A stretch of 64,000 nt of DNA from Hydrolagus colliei (lineage: Eukaryota): the NCBI GenBank assembly GCA_035084275.1, contig CM068760.1, forward strand, positions 1,302,001-1,366,000, written 5' to 3'. Under the pieces are notes generated by a model that worked only from the letters and a program-made list of their open reading frames with translations, was not told where the DNA came from and ran no database searches. Positions 47,301 to 60,912 of the stretch are shown here, one piece after another (the stretch's first letter is position 1; the number at the start of each line of letters is the position of its first letter). Made by a program: the position numbers and the translations under genes.

Positions 47301-50300
47301 TTAATATGTGTGTACACGGTCGTATTTATAGTCTAAATATAACATTTTTGACAAAAGAATCTCTCCAAATGTAATGGAAATTACAAATTGAAACCTTCTT
47401 AAAAGTGTCAAGGAGTGCAAATGTTCTTTGTAGTATTATTATTATTAACACATTCACTGCCCCATCAGCAAGTTTTAGTTCACTGAAATAACATGGCACA
47501 AATGGGGAGAGGTTTGGCAGAACAACGAGGCATTTTTGTATAATTTTTTCATTCCTCCTTTGAAATTCTGACTATTGATGTCTTTTTTTGGGGGGGAGGC
47601 CCAAATCATTACATTTGTATTGTAAGTAGGCTTTGAGACATCTGGTTGATGGGTGTTATATCAAATGCAAGGATTATTATTATTTTTATTATTTTTATTT
47701 TGTGTTTCCATGAATCAGCACCAGCAGCTACAGTAAAACCAATCCCACCCTTTTCTTTCACTAATCTTTTCTTTCACTAATAATGAACCATCTGTTGTAG
47801 TGACTTCCAACCTCTACGCACTTCACAGGAATTGCTGCAAAGTGAGGTGAGTGTGTACTTTGTAGGTAAATGCATTAAAAGTGCTGTACAGTACTGTACT
47901 TTGAACAGAAAGTGTGCAAATCCGTGACCTTTTCTGTGTCCCTCTGAAGAACCTTTGTCGACTTATGTTGAATGAGCGAGTGGTTGGGGAGTAAGAGGAG
48001 GAATGCTTTTAAACTCTCCCGCCCAACTCTCTGACCTCCCCGGTAAGATCTCTGCAGTATAAATACAACAACAACAACAACTTCAATTTATACAGCGCTC
48101 TCCACGCCGGACGGCGTCTCAGAGCGCTTCAAATATTCCTCATTTGCATGAAAAGCAGAACCATGATGTAGACCACACGTTGGTTGGTGGGCGAGGTTTT
48201 TGCCTTGTCGCCAATTTTTTTAGGAACCACTTCACAACCAGCAAGCAATGCATCCAAATGGAATAACGCCATCATGCAAAGTTATACGTATACCGACGTA
48301 TACCGTCTTGTGAATTCAAGACAATTCCTGCCATAACTGAAAGGATGTAGCCATCCCAAATCATTTTCCCATTGAGTAGCCACCAGCCGTGTTGCCCTAT
48401 ATTGCCCAGACCCATTATTTGGTCAAAAATACCTGAATACAGAATAGAATTGAATAACTATTAAATACAACTTCTCTCTAATATACACTACATAAATATT
48501 AACATTGCACTTTCACTGTACCTGTTTTGATTGGTACTTTCTCTGTGATGTGTCCATCTACGGAAGATGCATGATAGGAAGAAAACAAGTTGGAGTAGCA
48601 TCTACTCCTCTTAAACCTTAGACCTTTTTACATTTTCAGAATCATTTCTTTTGCGCCAAGTGCATTCAATATGAGACCATTTTAAAAATACTTACATTTA
48701 AATAAAACATCGATTTTAGCTGATAGAATCTGAACCAGAGTGGTTTCTAGAGAATGTGCAACTCTTGTAGATACAGAATCCAAAGAATTCTGGCAATTAT
48801 GCTTACACACTCACATACATACATACGCACACACACACACACGCACACACTAACTATCAATGGTAGAGCTCACTGTGATGCTCATTGTACTTAGTCCATC
48901 TGCATACAGTATTCTGCAATGTTAAAGTGCTGGTGTGCTTTCAACTAACCAAATCAATGTGATTGAGCTACAAGGGTACAACATAGAATGTTTGTCTACA
49001 AAGATCTTGCACACGTATAGCACTGGGAAGCTCACAGTTGGCTACTAAGCCCAAAAGATAAGGACTGAAATACTGTCTCATACATTGGGCGTCGTTAGAA
49101 CTATCTGCGTATCAAGACTCATCAATATTCCCACCAAAATTGTGTTTCCAATGGAACCTCGTCTTCTATTTGGTCTGCCACATAAAACAAGATGACTTGG
49201 TAATTCTGATTGGCTGAAACCTGTGCTGAGGTTTGTGAGCACCCAACAGCACCCTTCTGCTGGGTGCTGAAGGGGTTCAGATAATCTGCAAAATCCTTTG
49301 ATTGGCTGTCCTACCGTCTAGATTCTAGAAGAAACATTAACCATTACTGATGAAATCAATGTTTCTGCAGGACACTGGCAAAGGTTGGCAGGCAGGGCCT
49401 ATACAAGTGTGGATTGTTTACAACAAGCTATAAGGAATTATTGGATTTTTTTTAAATACATCGGAGCAAAAATTACTTTCTAATATAATAAACATTTTTA
49501 AAGTAAATTCTCTTTCTGGAACTCACTTGTGAAGTCAGACTCTAATCACTATAGGTCACAGTTTTGACTGGACTGGAAGCAGTGAAACTTCAAACTGGGT
49601 ACAATAAATATTCAGGATTCGATTCCCAATTAGATGCGATGAGTATAGTTGCCTGGAGGTAATGGGATAATAGCACTTCCATCTGAGAAGTGAACTCTAA
49701 GCAACATCATTTTTTTTAAATCAAAAGTTATTGGAATTTTTAAGGAGCAAATGAGCCTAACTATCACAGTACGATATGAAATAATTGGATCCTCCTCTTT
49801 ATTGCATCGCACGCTAGAATGACGAAGGAACGCATCAGATATGTCCACTCTGATCTGGGATAATTTTTCCATTCTGCAGAACAAGTGCTATGGCAGCAAA
49901 TTTATTTTGTGACCATTTCGGTGGAACTTTACCTAATGGGAGTGGGATTTTGGTACTACAGTGAGTGATGACAGTGACAGTCTCTGGCCTCGTCTCTGGC
50001 CATTGCACTTCCCTCTTCTGCCTCGCGGGACACTTGGGGACACGTGTCACTCCATTACTAAACGCACATGTAAGGACACGCCCCGCGTTCAATCGCGCTG
50101 TTATCGATCAAACCGTTTTCAGCCAGGGCTGGAATCGTTAAAAAATATATATTTTAAAACTGGGCAATCGGGGGAAACAGTTTCAGAATGTCACCTGCAC
50201 TGTGAACATCTCAAATTGCTTCTAACTGGATGGGACAAAGTCACCAATCCTAGGCACAAATTAATGGCTGCAAGTGTAATTGTGATGCAAGGTCAACTGA

Positions 50301-51095
50301 TATTATAAGAATCAAAGTCATCAAATAAATAATACAAGATAACAGATTAGGAAGTAAACATCAGAAACAACAGTACCCTGTAACAGAATTCTAACCCATA
50401 CGACTGGTACAGTATTAAAATCACAACTTAGCAATAATACTTTTCAGTAACTTTTGAGAAATGCCCAACTAAGTCAATAATACAGTGGAGTGCCATTTTT
50501 TCAATAGGAGATCAATCAATCATCTCAGTTAACCACACAAATTAGGCAAATATTGTATTTGATTTCATTTATAAATATTATTCTTTCTTTTTAAATATAT
50601 TAATAGCTGGATTTTTGCATTGTGCTTTTGGGACAAAAAAGAAAATTATGAATTGCCCCGGAAATATCCAGGGTAATTTCAGCTATCTGAGCCTTTCAAT
50701 TGAACATTCTTCCCCCGCCCCCCCCCCCCCCCAAAAACAGATACAATTTACCCCTCCACCACAAACCAAATTGCAGTATCTGGTTAAGGTATCTCACTGA
50801 GGAAACCGTATCCATTACATATCAATTTAACTTAACGAAAAGTGACTCTCCACTGTTATGGACTACCTAGGTTTGAAGGCTTAGTCAGCCACCCAATTGC
50901 GTTCCCTCAAATCTACAATGTGGATTCGGACTCGTCTGTCAATTGTTGGTGCTTCGTTTGTGGAAGGGGAGGAGGGTCAAAGGCTGCTTATCCACCAGCG
51001 TTGGTCAGAATCCAGGATTCTTACATGTTTGTTTGTTTGTTTTAAACATTGGGAAAGGAAGAAACACTTTTTTTTTTTTGGCAAATTAAATATCA

Positions 51096-51950
51096 TCAGT
51101 GGTCCACCTCAGGCTGATCCAAGGAGAAACTGGGAAGTGTCAGTAAATCTCTGATTGGGGAAGGGGAGGCAGGGGTGACCTCAGGAAGCAGTGGGTCCAC
51201 AAGCTCCCCAGAATCTTTGTGGGGGACTGAGTCACAGGACGGAGCCCGCCTTCTCAGACACATGCTGCCGTCGGCGTTAGCTTGCCCGTGCGACCCTTGT
51301 ATTGTTCTGAGGTGCTCATCTGGAGGGTCTATAGAAATGCAAGGTGGGCTCATTTTCTGCTTCTGGCGAGACGTTTGTAAGCCTTCCAGTTCTGTCACTC
51401 CCTGGGTGATCAGGCCGCAGGACGAGGAAGGAAAATGACGTGGCGGGCTGACGTCAACAGATGAGCAGATTTCGATCGAATGTCTCCGAGGGTCATCTGA
51501 CCACGACACCGGCTTGGCCAAAAATCCCTGGGTGTCCACACTGTAGAACCTCTTGATGTCCTTCATTGTGAGGTTCCCTGTGCTGCTGCAGCTTTTCATG
51601 GGCAGCGGAGGGGACAGAGGCGACCTAGAGGGTCTCTTGTTGCCGCTATTGATCTGAGAGACTTCCTGGTCGGCTGGGTCGGGGACCTCCTGGAAAGGGT
51701 TCCTGGAGAGATGCGGGGAGGCTGACGCGGAGTTGGTGATGTTGCATTGGTTGTGGCTGTGCTGCTGGATGTGGATGCTGTGTTTGTTCGGTGCGTTGGG
51801 TGTGGCAGGAACCAACACCACAGAGGGTCGCAAAACAGTCACGGGAGGTACAGACACGTTGGAAGCTGGAGGCTGCTCACCAGGCTTCACGTGCATGCTT
51901 TCCTTAGGCTCCACACACAGCGGTTCCAGAGGTTCATTGGTCACAGCCAC
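51096..51950 (-). CDS. CACNA1G: CACNA1G terminal coding exon (distal C-tail)
   Basis: actcag| acceptor; Cav3 tail motifs DIKRFYSVD, RRHSIEI, KMSPPCISIDPP and LRRRAPSCDS. Confidence 0.9.
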   Translation of the reverse strand: MAVTNEPLEPLCVEPKESMHVKPGEQPPASNVSVPPVTVLRPSVVLVPATPNAPNKHSIHIQQHSHNQCNITNSASASPHLSRNPFQEVPDPADQEVSQINSGNKRPSRSPLSPPLPMKSCSSTGNLTMKDIKRFYSVDTQGFLAKPVSWSDDPRRHSIEICSSVDVSPPRHFPSSSCGLITQGVTELEGLQTSRQKQKMSPPCISIDPPDEHLRTIQGSHGQANADGSMCLRRRAPSCDSVPHKDSGELVDPLLPEVTPASPSPIRDLLTLPSFSLDQPEVDH

Positions 51951-52020
51951 CTGAGTTGGGTGTTTAAAGGTCGGGGAGAGTAAGAGGAACAAAACAGGCC
52001 AAACAGGTTAGCGTGGAACT

Positions 52021-52290
52021 GAATTACAACAACATCAACAGCAACATCATAACAAAATAACTCTTGAACAGCGCCTCTCACGTCAGGAGGATGTCAAAAG
52101 GCGCTGGACAGTCATCGTTTCAGACCCGAGCTGGGGACGGGGAGGGTGGAGGGAAAGGGAGGGATTTGGAGTGGCCAATGGGGCTGTCGAAGAGGAGGGT
52201 CTTGAGGCGGGAAGTGAAGGAGGCCAGGGAGGGGGGGGCGAGGTAGAGGAACTGCGGGTTGGAGTTCCAGAGGTTGGGGGTAGAGTATTA
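52021..52290 (-). mobile_element. L2 LINE 3' end fragment (related pieces near 5590-5810 and 40320-40510)
   Basis: tggaactcc...ttcacttcccgcctcaagaccctcctcttcgac...gaggcgct then a (ttg)n-type tail on the minus strand. Confidence 0.7.
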
Positions 52291-52693
52291 ACACCACAGA
52301 GGGTTAATACAATATTACATTTGTATAGCGTCGGGACGATGTCCCTCACGCAGGACAGCGCGTCACCATCAAAGATGGTAGGATAGATGTTCTGGAAGGA
52401 TGAAATCAAATGGGCCAAAGAGCTTTCTTCATCTGAACCAATTTGGGGCTGTTGGAGTTTGGGGTGCAATAGAACTTAATACGATACATTGTGCGATACA
52501 GTAAAATAAAGTACAATACTGTACCACACTGTAAAAAAAAACTGTGCAAAGCATTATCTTAATAAACGGCTCTGGACTATGGGGTATAAATGGAAGCCGA
52601 GAATAAATTAATTTGACACAAAATGGCTCTTCAAGGGATCTGGCAAATTCCAGCCCTCTCCTGGGTGTGGGAGAGGCTGTTCCTGACACCCAC

Positions 52694-52863
52694 CTGCCTC
52701 CGGAGCATCCTGTGAACACTTGCAGATCTCACGGGGGGAGGAATTTTGGGAATGTTTTCGGCATCAAGACTGCTCTGAGGGCTGACTGGACGGAATAGCT
52801 GTACAGGAGCCTGGAGGTTGGAAGCACTGTCTGTTGGCTGTGACCGCACCGATGTGGTGGAAC
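52694..52863 (-). CDS. CACNA1G: CACNA1G exon (GSTTSVRSQPTD...IPKIPPP...HRMLRRQ)
   Basis: ccacag| and |gtgggt; phase 1/0; LRRQ exon end as in Cav3.1. Confidence 0.9.
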
Positions 52864-53316
52864 CTGTGGAGTGGAGACAATTTACAGCAAACAGTTGGTA
52901 CAGTTCAGGGCAAGGAGGACAGTTCCCATCTTCGCGCATGAGATGCAAAGCCTCTCATCCGTCTCCTGCATCCGGGTACAGTTCATACAGGACTGGAAAA
53001 CACCATCAAAGTCTGTCTGGTTTCCTTTCCAAATGTCATCTCAAATGCCCACTCTAATACCCCCAATGCCGTTCATCTTTGGGACATCCTCTCCTCACTC
53101 AGTGTCCGAGTGTCCTTGGGCGAGGGTTTTGGGGTTCAGAAGTGGGTGTGGAACACTAGTGATCTTCTGACACGTATATGAGAATGCTACCAATTGGGAC
53201 AGGCTGACATCCACCGTTAACCTTTCTGCCCGAAAAGAGAACAACAACAACAACTCGTAGTTGCATAGCGTCCCGCACACAAAGTAGAGTCCCAGAGAAC
53301 TTTGTCAGGGACATAC

Positions 53317-53500
53317 CTGACTGGTATCTGTGGCTGTTGTGAAACTCTTGTAGACCTGGTGAGGGAGCTGGGTCAACAGGCTGGAACATGTAGCTGTCAT
53401 TGGGCAACGAATGGGTCCTGCCAACGAAAGGTCTCCTCACCGACAGGAGGTTCTTCTCCGGAGATTCCCGTTGAAGTTCGCTCTCCTGAACGTACTCAGT
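53317..53500 (-). CDS. CACNA1G: CACNA1G exon (LLSVRRPFVGRTHSLPNDSYMF...QS)
   Basis: ttgcag| and |gtatgt; RTHSLPNDSYM Cav3 motif. Confidence 0.94.
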
Positions 53501-55937
53501 CTGCAAGACACGAAACAAAGTGAGGGTCAGTGGGACGAGACCAGCGAGCCGAAGGAAGCTTTGTTGCCGATATGTAAAAGACAAGCATGCGGCAGGTCAC
53601 TGCTACAGTAGCACCAACACAAACAAAACAGTAAAAGGGACTGAGGAATCTGAGCAGGATATATTTTTCTGCACATATTCTAAGCCAATGGATCACATTA
53701 TAGTCTCACTGTGGCTAATGAAACAGAGTGTGTCACACAGAACTGGTTGTAAGACCGAGGGTGGTGGGTGGAGCGGGGGGGAGAGGGTGTGGGGGGGGGG
53801 TCGGGGGGGTTGCGGGTTGGTGGGAGGACTCAGTGTGAAACACATGAACCATGACAATGCCAATTCCATCAATCAATTGCTTCATGCAACAAGTCAACTT
53901 CTTACATAAGAACATCTAGTTGGGCATCCACCTTCCTGAGGGACGCATGTGACTTCTTACAAGAGTGACTCCTTTCTCTCATTAAAATGCAACCACTTTG
54001 AAATAACTAGGCATTTGACTAGTTGGGACATCCTCCCCAAGAAAAGCGCTCTATTAATGTAATTCTTCTGTTGTTGTTGTTGAAAGGCAAGGACAATGGG
54101 AAGAGTTAGGTATTGCAACTGACAAGAAAAGCGCAGTTGTTGGATGTTGAATATAACTGAGTATTATCAGGGAGGCTGTAAATGATCAAAATTAATGAAA
54201 AACTCAAACGTTTCAAGGAGAACAACTCCTCTTTGAGCTGAAAATACAGTGGACATTACGTGTCTCACCATTGGCAGTTTCAGCCGTTAATGGGATTTCC
54301 ACGTTATAATCTCCTAAGAGTCTACCATCTGCTAGAATTTCAACCCACTTGCCCCCAAGTGCAGTGCTTGTGGCCCAGTGCGTTTGCCTTTATCACCCAC
54401 TTTGTGTTAAAAATTATGTTAACACAGAAGTCTGAAAACATTTCCTTCTTTCAGTCTTAATTTGGAAGCCACTCGTCCGGTATTCTCAAAAATAAACCAG
54501 TCTCCAAATTGAGATTGAATTTAAATCTCCATCTTTTCTGTTGAAAAGAACTGACTCTGATTTTTGTTATAGAATAGTATTTAATTAACAGAAAGAGAAG
54601 TTACAGGTGAACTGGGAGACCGGGGGCAAAAATTATAATTAAGACTAAATGGGATTCTCTGCACATATTCATTAGATCTCAGTTCCATTAGACTAACAAA
54701 CAAAAGAATCTCACTTGCGCTGGAGAACCATTGCTCCTGTTAACACATCTTCTTCATTCACGAGACCTAAAGCATTGAGATGTGTCATCAATGTCTTCCA
54801 CTAGTGCATGAAGCATGGCTGGGAATAGCAATCATTGTCTTGGTCACCAGAATACATCGAAGCACAACAGCATCTCTACAGAACTCTACCACAGAAGGTC
54901 ATGGTCAACCAACAATGGAACGACGATCACAAGAAGCACAGCTACACCTAACAGATAGAATGGATCCAGATAGAGATTGGTTGCAACCAAGGATCTGTTG
55001 GGCCACAAAACAAAAGCACTAGTCTACACAACAGTTTGGAAAAGTTGAATGCTGGACTCCAAAGAGGAGCAGATGGTTATATACAAATCAGGGCTAGAAA
55101 TACTCTTTGTCCTCTCAGAATTCAATTCATTACCAGCTCAATGCTATATGGATGGAATTTTATAGCCATAGATGATTTCCCCATGGCTTTTCGGTGCTTT
55201 CACTGGGAAATGTACCAGAGATATCAGCTGTCAATCACACCCCAACAAGGAAAATCCATACACTCCGTTATAATTTTGCTTTTCTTGATTTTAGTCTCTT
55301 CTATAGATACCATTAATTGTAGAGTACAATGACTATAAATAATATTACTGTGTCTCGCCCACAAATATACAGTCAATTCACTTTACAGTATATTCTGGGA
55401 AGCGCTTTGAGACGTCTAGAAGACGTGAAAAGCCGCTAGATCAAATGCAAGGATTATTATCATTATTGCTTGCATCTAAAATTGCTCACGAAGAAGACAA
55501 AAGAACCTTCTCTTTCATGAACAATACTGAGCCTGAACTTTCACCTCGTCTTCCCCGGTGAAACCATTTTGCCTTAAACTTTAAGGTGGGGCAAAATTGT
55601 GCAAAAATCTCCTAAATTCAGCCTCATGATTGAAGTAATTTTTTTTCCCGAAAACGAAACCATTTTCCAAATTGAGAATTCAATTAGGTTTTAGATGCAA
55701 TCAGATTCAAGATTTTTCCACAATTATACGCCATCAATGACTATCAACTCAAACATTTCAAAATGGAGTGGTCAGTCAGGGTTTTGGTGGGCAGTGGTCA
55801 TGGTATTTTTGGCCGTGGAGGGAACACATAGCTTGAACTTCTACATAGACGACAAGTGCATGTTACGTTTTGCATAAAACACACAGTAGAGTATTTCGAG
55901 CCCCGTGATAAGCAAAATACAGGTTTGGAATATGTAC

Positions 55938-56072
55938 ATTGCTTTCCAGTGTATTTAGCAAGAATACATTAGTATCATCGGGAAAAGAGTCATCCGTCAA
56001 TGCTAACGACCAGGATTTCTCAGACTGAATATCAGATGTCAGAGAAACAGCCTCCATCTCAGCTAGAGGGAT
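55938..56072 (-). CDS. CACNA1G: CACNA1G exon-35-like cassette ([33 protein letters not shown]...LESN)
   Basis: gtttag| and |gtacat; 135 nt; matches recalled human [14 protein letters not shown]...[12 protein letters not shown]...LESN. Confidence 0.92.
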
Positions 56073-58097
56073 CTAAACAAGGGAGAGACGACCAGGCATA
56101 AGAAACTTAGGAAAGAATTCACAGAATGGACTGACACTGTGAAGAAAAGCTCTTCTCAGAGCTGTGTAGCACATTCACTCAATGGCACATCCACTAACCC
56201 TTTAAACAGATAAAGAATCATCTATATATCAAAGTCACAATGAAATGTTGCATTTTAAGCCATTCCAATGACTTACTGATAAAGAGGTTCCTTGAAAGCT
56301 GGAAGAGATAGAAGTTGACTGTCTAAGATTTCCTAAATCTTCCAATTTCTAATGAACACCATCATTCTGTCATTCTAAATCCCAGTAGAGTGAACAATAA
56401 TAATTTGACTGCTTCGTTCCTTGCCCCCTTCTCTCTTTCCCCCTCTTCGCTGTCTCTAACTTGCTTTCACTCCCTCCTTCCATCTTTCTCTCTCTACCCT
56501 CTGGGTAATGATTGGCCGCCGAAGGATTCTGTTGTGCAGTTGTCGCTGGATCACGATGCACGTACAGCGTAGGCCTCACTTACACATCAGAACACTTAAA
56601 GACAAGATTAGGCTTAAGATGGTGCTCCTTACCAAACGTGCTGCTAGCAAACTACACCACACCATTTTCAATCCGGCATGCAAAAAGAAAGGCAAGTCAG
56701 TAGAATGAAGAGAGACAAGAAAAATGGTCAGTGGAACATCGCTAGATATTACATACGCATACATATGCATATGCACTGTACATATATATAGAGATATTTA
56801 TAAATATATGGAAAGTAATTGAGTCTATTTGTCAGGTATAGCCAGCTTCATCGATCAAATTAAACTAAAGTTTTCCCATTAACTTTAAAGTTCCTGTGCA
56901 AGGTTACAACTCACCTGAGGCTCCATTTCCCCACCTTAAGATCAAGAGGGTGCAGAACTTTGGAAATGTTTCAAATCCAGTTTTAATTTGCAAAGCCAGA
57001 AACCGGCTTCCAAACGAAAATTTAACTAAAATTTGCATTGATATAACGCCTTTGGATGGACAAACGCCTTTGGCCCATTTGATCTCACCCTTCCAACGGC
57101 TTTCTTTCACACGAAAACCAAATCAGTCTTGGGTGTGTGCTGCACGACAGCCTTTGTGTAATCATTAGGGCTCCTCGATAACAAGTCCGGCTAATAAGCT
57201 TGCCAATCAAGACATCTTCTGTATGTGGCAATTTTGGTGAAGGGGTTGGTGATTGTGTCACTTTATGAAGCTTCCAATAGCCGGCTACCTACTCCACCTT
57301 CACGGCATTATTTCCAAACGGATTCTAAAAGTCAGTGTTATGCGTTGCGAGTGCAGAGATATAATGGCATGATTAGAATTCTGCCTTTGACGCATTAAAA
57401 CCGTCTGCTCCGACGCCGAGAAAAGCAGCCCTGCCGAAGCAATCAATCCCATTGCAAGCGGATGGCCCACAAATGAGTGGTGGAACGTGCTAAGGTCCGC
57501 ACTTCATTAAGTGGAAAGCAGTTTGATCGCGTCACTCTGAGGTAATGACCTTCTGATGGAATTAGAACCACAACGATTTGGGAATCTGCAGCAGAGGAGG
57601 ATTGGAAATCAGCTAACAAAACAGACTTAATAGTGTCTTATATGAATAAAAGCAACAGTCCTCTTATCCTGATCGGTGTCACTGTAACCAGCAGCTCAAA
57701 GCTGAAGTATTATTATTACTGGGCTGTTCCAGAGACCTAGTAACATTACTGTACACCCCCTTCACCCTGTCCAATTGCGAATATATTGTGGATTAGGTAA
57801 TGTGTTTAGTATTGTGTTCCCATTGTCTTGGCATACGCTGGTACTGGACAATTATCATTTAGTTTTCAGGATGGTATGCTTTATGGCAATGTCCTCTGAG
57901 ACAAGGAAGGGAAACTTTTGGGGGTAAAACAGGTCAGACTGAGGGAGAAATTAACAACTGAAGATCTATCAGCTTTCTCAATTGGTGGGTTTGTCCAGTG
58001 TAACAAATTAAGCATTTTTTTAAAATCACAAAAGTAGTGGAGCTCCACCAGAGAGGGACAATAAATTGGAGGAAATAGAGAGAGTGAGGGAAAGAAA

Positions 58098-58431
58098 NNN
58101 NNNNNNNNNNNNNNNNNNNNNNNNNNNNNNNNNNNNNNNNNNNNNNNNNNNNNNNNNNNNNNNNNNNNNNNNNNNNNNNNNNNNNNNNNNNNNNNNNNNN
58201 NNNNNNNNNNNNNNNNNNNNNNNNNNNNNNNNNNNNNNNNNNNNNNNNNNNNNNNNNNNNNNNNNNNNNNNNNNNNNNNNNNNNNNNNNNNNNNNNNNNN
58301 NNNNNNNNNNNNNNNNNNNNNNNNNNNNNNNNNNNNNNNNNNNNNNNNNNNNNNNNNNNNNNNNNNNNNNNNNNNNNNNNNNNNNNNNNNNNNNNNNNNN
58401 NNNNNNNNNNNNNNNNNNNNNNNNNNNNNNN
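58098..58431. other. Assembly gap
   Basis: Run of N. Confidence 1.
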
Positions 58432-59305
58432 TGCAGACACCACGCGGAATGAAACCAAAGTATTGCAACCGTTGCATTCAACGAGTACAATTCTGAAAAC
58501 CGCTAAAGTTCCAGCAAGAGGATCTAGATGGAGAAGTGCAATCACACACCATGCAAGGCAAAGTGTCCCGTTTCCAGCCCAGAAACCTCAGGCTAACTGG
58601 CAGACCAAGCCTCAGCGGCCAGGGTCAGTCCTGTCTTGCGATAGTCCTAGGGATTGGAAAGTTGGGTTTACAGTGAATTATTGCCATGTTTTGATGTTAT
58701 CGGTGCGGTATCAAATGAGGGACTGTAACACATGCCTGGCACAGGCAAGGGAAATTTCTTAGGGTACGAGGTTTTAAACTAACTGTGAATGTTTCGCTCT
58801 ACACTGAAGCCGCGGGTGGGTAGGGTTATTGAAAAACCCTGCAGCCAGGTTTACCCAATAAAACTACGCCCGGTGTGAGCTGGAAGTTCGACCACGTAAC
58901 TTTGAAACTAAAAGACAAAACGTGCCACTGAATTGCACTGAGAATCAGCTCCGAGAATAGTAATAAATTAGTCGTTTGGGGACATTTATCTTCAAGAGAT
59001 TATTACATCAGAAAAGCGATCCCCCTTTCGACTAACAGTCGGGCTCCTACTAAATTCTGGAGTTAGGAAACTTGCCTAAAGTTTCACCCTGCCTGGGAAT
59101 CTAACCCAATCTCTCGCTTGTGACTATCATAATAATAATAATGATTTGATTCCATTCCTCACTGTGGGAAATATCACTGGCTTTTATTCTCAACACAATC
59201 TCGCTGACACCAAAACTGTCCCCTCGATAGATCTTGGTCTTTTGAGTTCCTTTTGACTTCTGGGTCTGAACACAGGACTTTGCCAGAGAAGCCAGAATTA
59301 TTAAC

Positions 59306-59446
59306 CTGTTTCTCAATGGAGCATTTGTTTTGCTGAGGGCTGGCGTAGTTGTAGCAAACAGAGCCTGAGAGGTTGTCCATAATGGTGAGTTCTCCTTCCA
59401 GTGACCCTTGGATCAGCAGGGACACGTTGTCAAAAAACTGCTTTTC
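59306..59446 (-). CDS. CACNA1G: CACNA1G exon-34-like cassette (EKQFFDNVSLLIQGSLEGELTIMDNLSGSVCYNYASP...EKQ)
   Basis: gcacag| and |gttaat; 141 nt, phase 0/0; SLLIQGSLE motif. Confidence 0.9.
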
Positions 59447-59684
59447 CTGTGCGTAGGGCGTGAAGGAGGGAAAGGAGGAGGGTGTGGAGTTGGGAACATC
59501 AACAGTCCAAGGTTTGGGTGGGAGACAAAAGGGGAAAAAGAAAAGAACACGCCGATAAACAGAATCCACACTCAAAAACAGTGCACACACATTGCTCAGG
59601 GTGCATCAACAACAACAACAAGTACAAATCTGCTTCATATGCACTTCATCCCTGCTATTATTAATTACTGTCTGCGTTAAGAGG

Positions 59685-60085
59685 CATCACAAGGCCAATG
59701 CAGTCGGCCGAGGATGGGGGAGATGGGGTCACGAAGGTTGGAGCGGTAGAGGACATGGGCCACGGAGTTCTGGATTATCTGCAGCCTATGGAGCGAGGAA
59801 TTTGGAAGGCCAACAGGCAAGGCGTTGGCGTAGTCGAGCCTGGATGTGATGAAGGCATGAAGGAGGGTTTCAGCGGCCTGAGGGGTGAAGTAGTGGCGGA
59901 GTCGGGCACTATTGCGGAGGTGAGGGAAGGCAGAGCGGGTCATGGCTTGGACGTGGACGTGGTGGAGGAAAGACAATCGAGGATCGAACAAGACGCCTCG
60001 GTCCATGTCTGGCTTGGTGAGGTTGTGCGCGCAAACCGTGGAGGTTGATGCTGCCAACGCCTGATGTGTGAAGGTCCTGGCGCGA
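59685..60085 (-). mobile_element. L2 LINE ORF2 C-terminal fragment
   Basis: ORF GVLFDPRLSF..H....AFPHLRNSARLRHYFTPQAAETLLHAFITSRLDYANALPVGLP...LQIIQNSVAHVL is typical of L2 RT ends. Confidence 0.9.
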
Positions 60086-60912
60086 GCCAATCAGGGGGGC
60101 CTTGGTCTTGTATTAATAATACCAATATTAATCATCCTATTAATCAGCAGGGAATCAAATTCAAAGTGATTTAAAAGAGAAAGCTTTTACAATAGGGACA
60201 CCTTTGTGACAAGTTCCATTGTTTATAGTACGATTATACGAGTGTACCCTTTTGCTAAAGTCCATCTTTATTTAATTCCTATCTTTTCCAAGTATTCTCT
60301 TCCTCTGGGAAAATGCTAAGTAGTTTGACATCATTAATGTATCAAGCTCTTGCATAATATATTGTTCCAGCAAAACTCTGGGGGTCAAATAATGCGTTCC
60401 ATTTCTGGTTATTATATAACTAGTGGCTTATTATATAAAGGATCTATTCAACAACAAAATTACATTTGCCTAGTGCCTTTCACACCAAGAGAACAACCCA
60501 ATTTATAGAATATGTGTCATACAAACCAATCTCCACATATTGAGGAGTTAAGTACACTGATCACTAAAAGTTGCCACATTTTCACTCTGTCTTTATAACG
60601 GGATTTCTCTTCATAGAAACCATAGTAAAGGCTTGCTCTGCTCAATGAATAGTCCAAGACACCCACAACTATGCAGTCGGTTGTATCCCATTCTTAACAG
60701 AATGTACAATTCATGTCTTGTTAAAGATTCCTCTAATAAATCACAGAATAAATTGAAAGGAGTCTCAGATTAAGAGTTGATCCGTTCTCTGCGAATGTTT
60801 ATTTGTGCCCTGCTCGTGATCTGGCAATCGTTAAACAACATAATCGTCTGCATATTTCTATAAAACCCTCAAAGGCTTTGTAAGAGAATCAGCCCGAGGG
60901 TCGGTTCCTTAC

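Noticed and set aside
56910-56935. Strong minus-strand donor cag|gtgagt between the CACNA1G cassette exons
   Set aside because: The nearest acceptor gives a 20-nt out-of-frame exon with no Cav3 similarity.
57881-58545. Long ORFs spanning the N gap (also 8785-9129)
   Set aside because: Artefacts of translating N runs.
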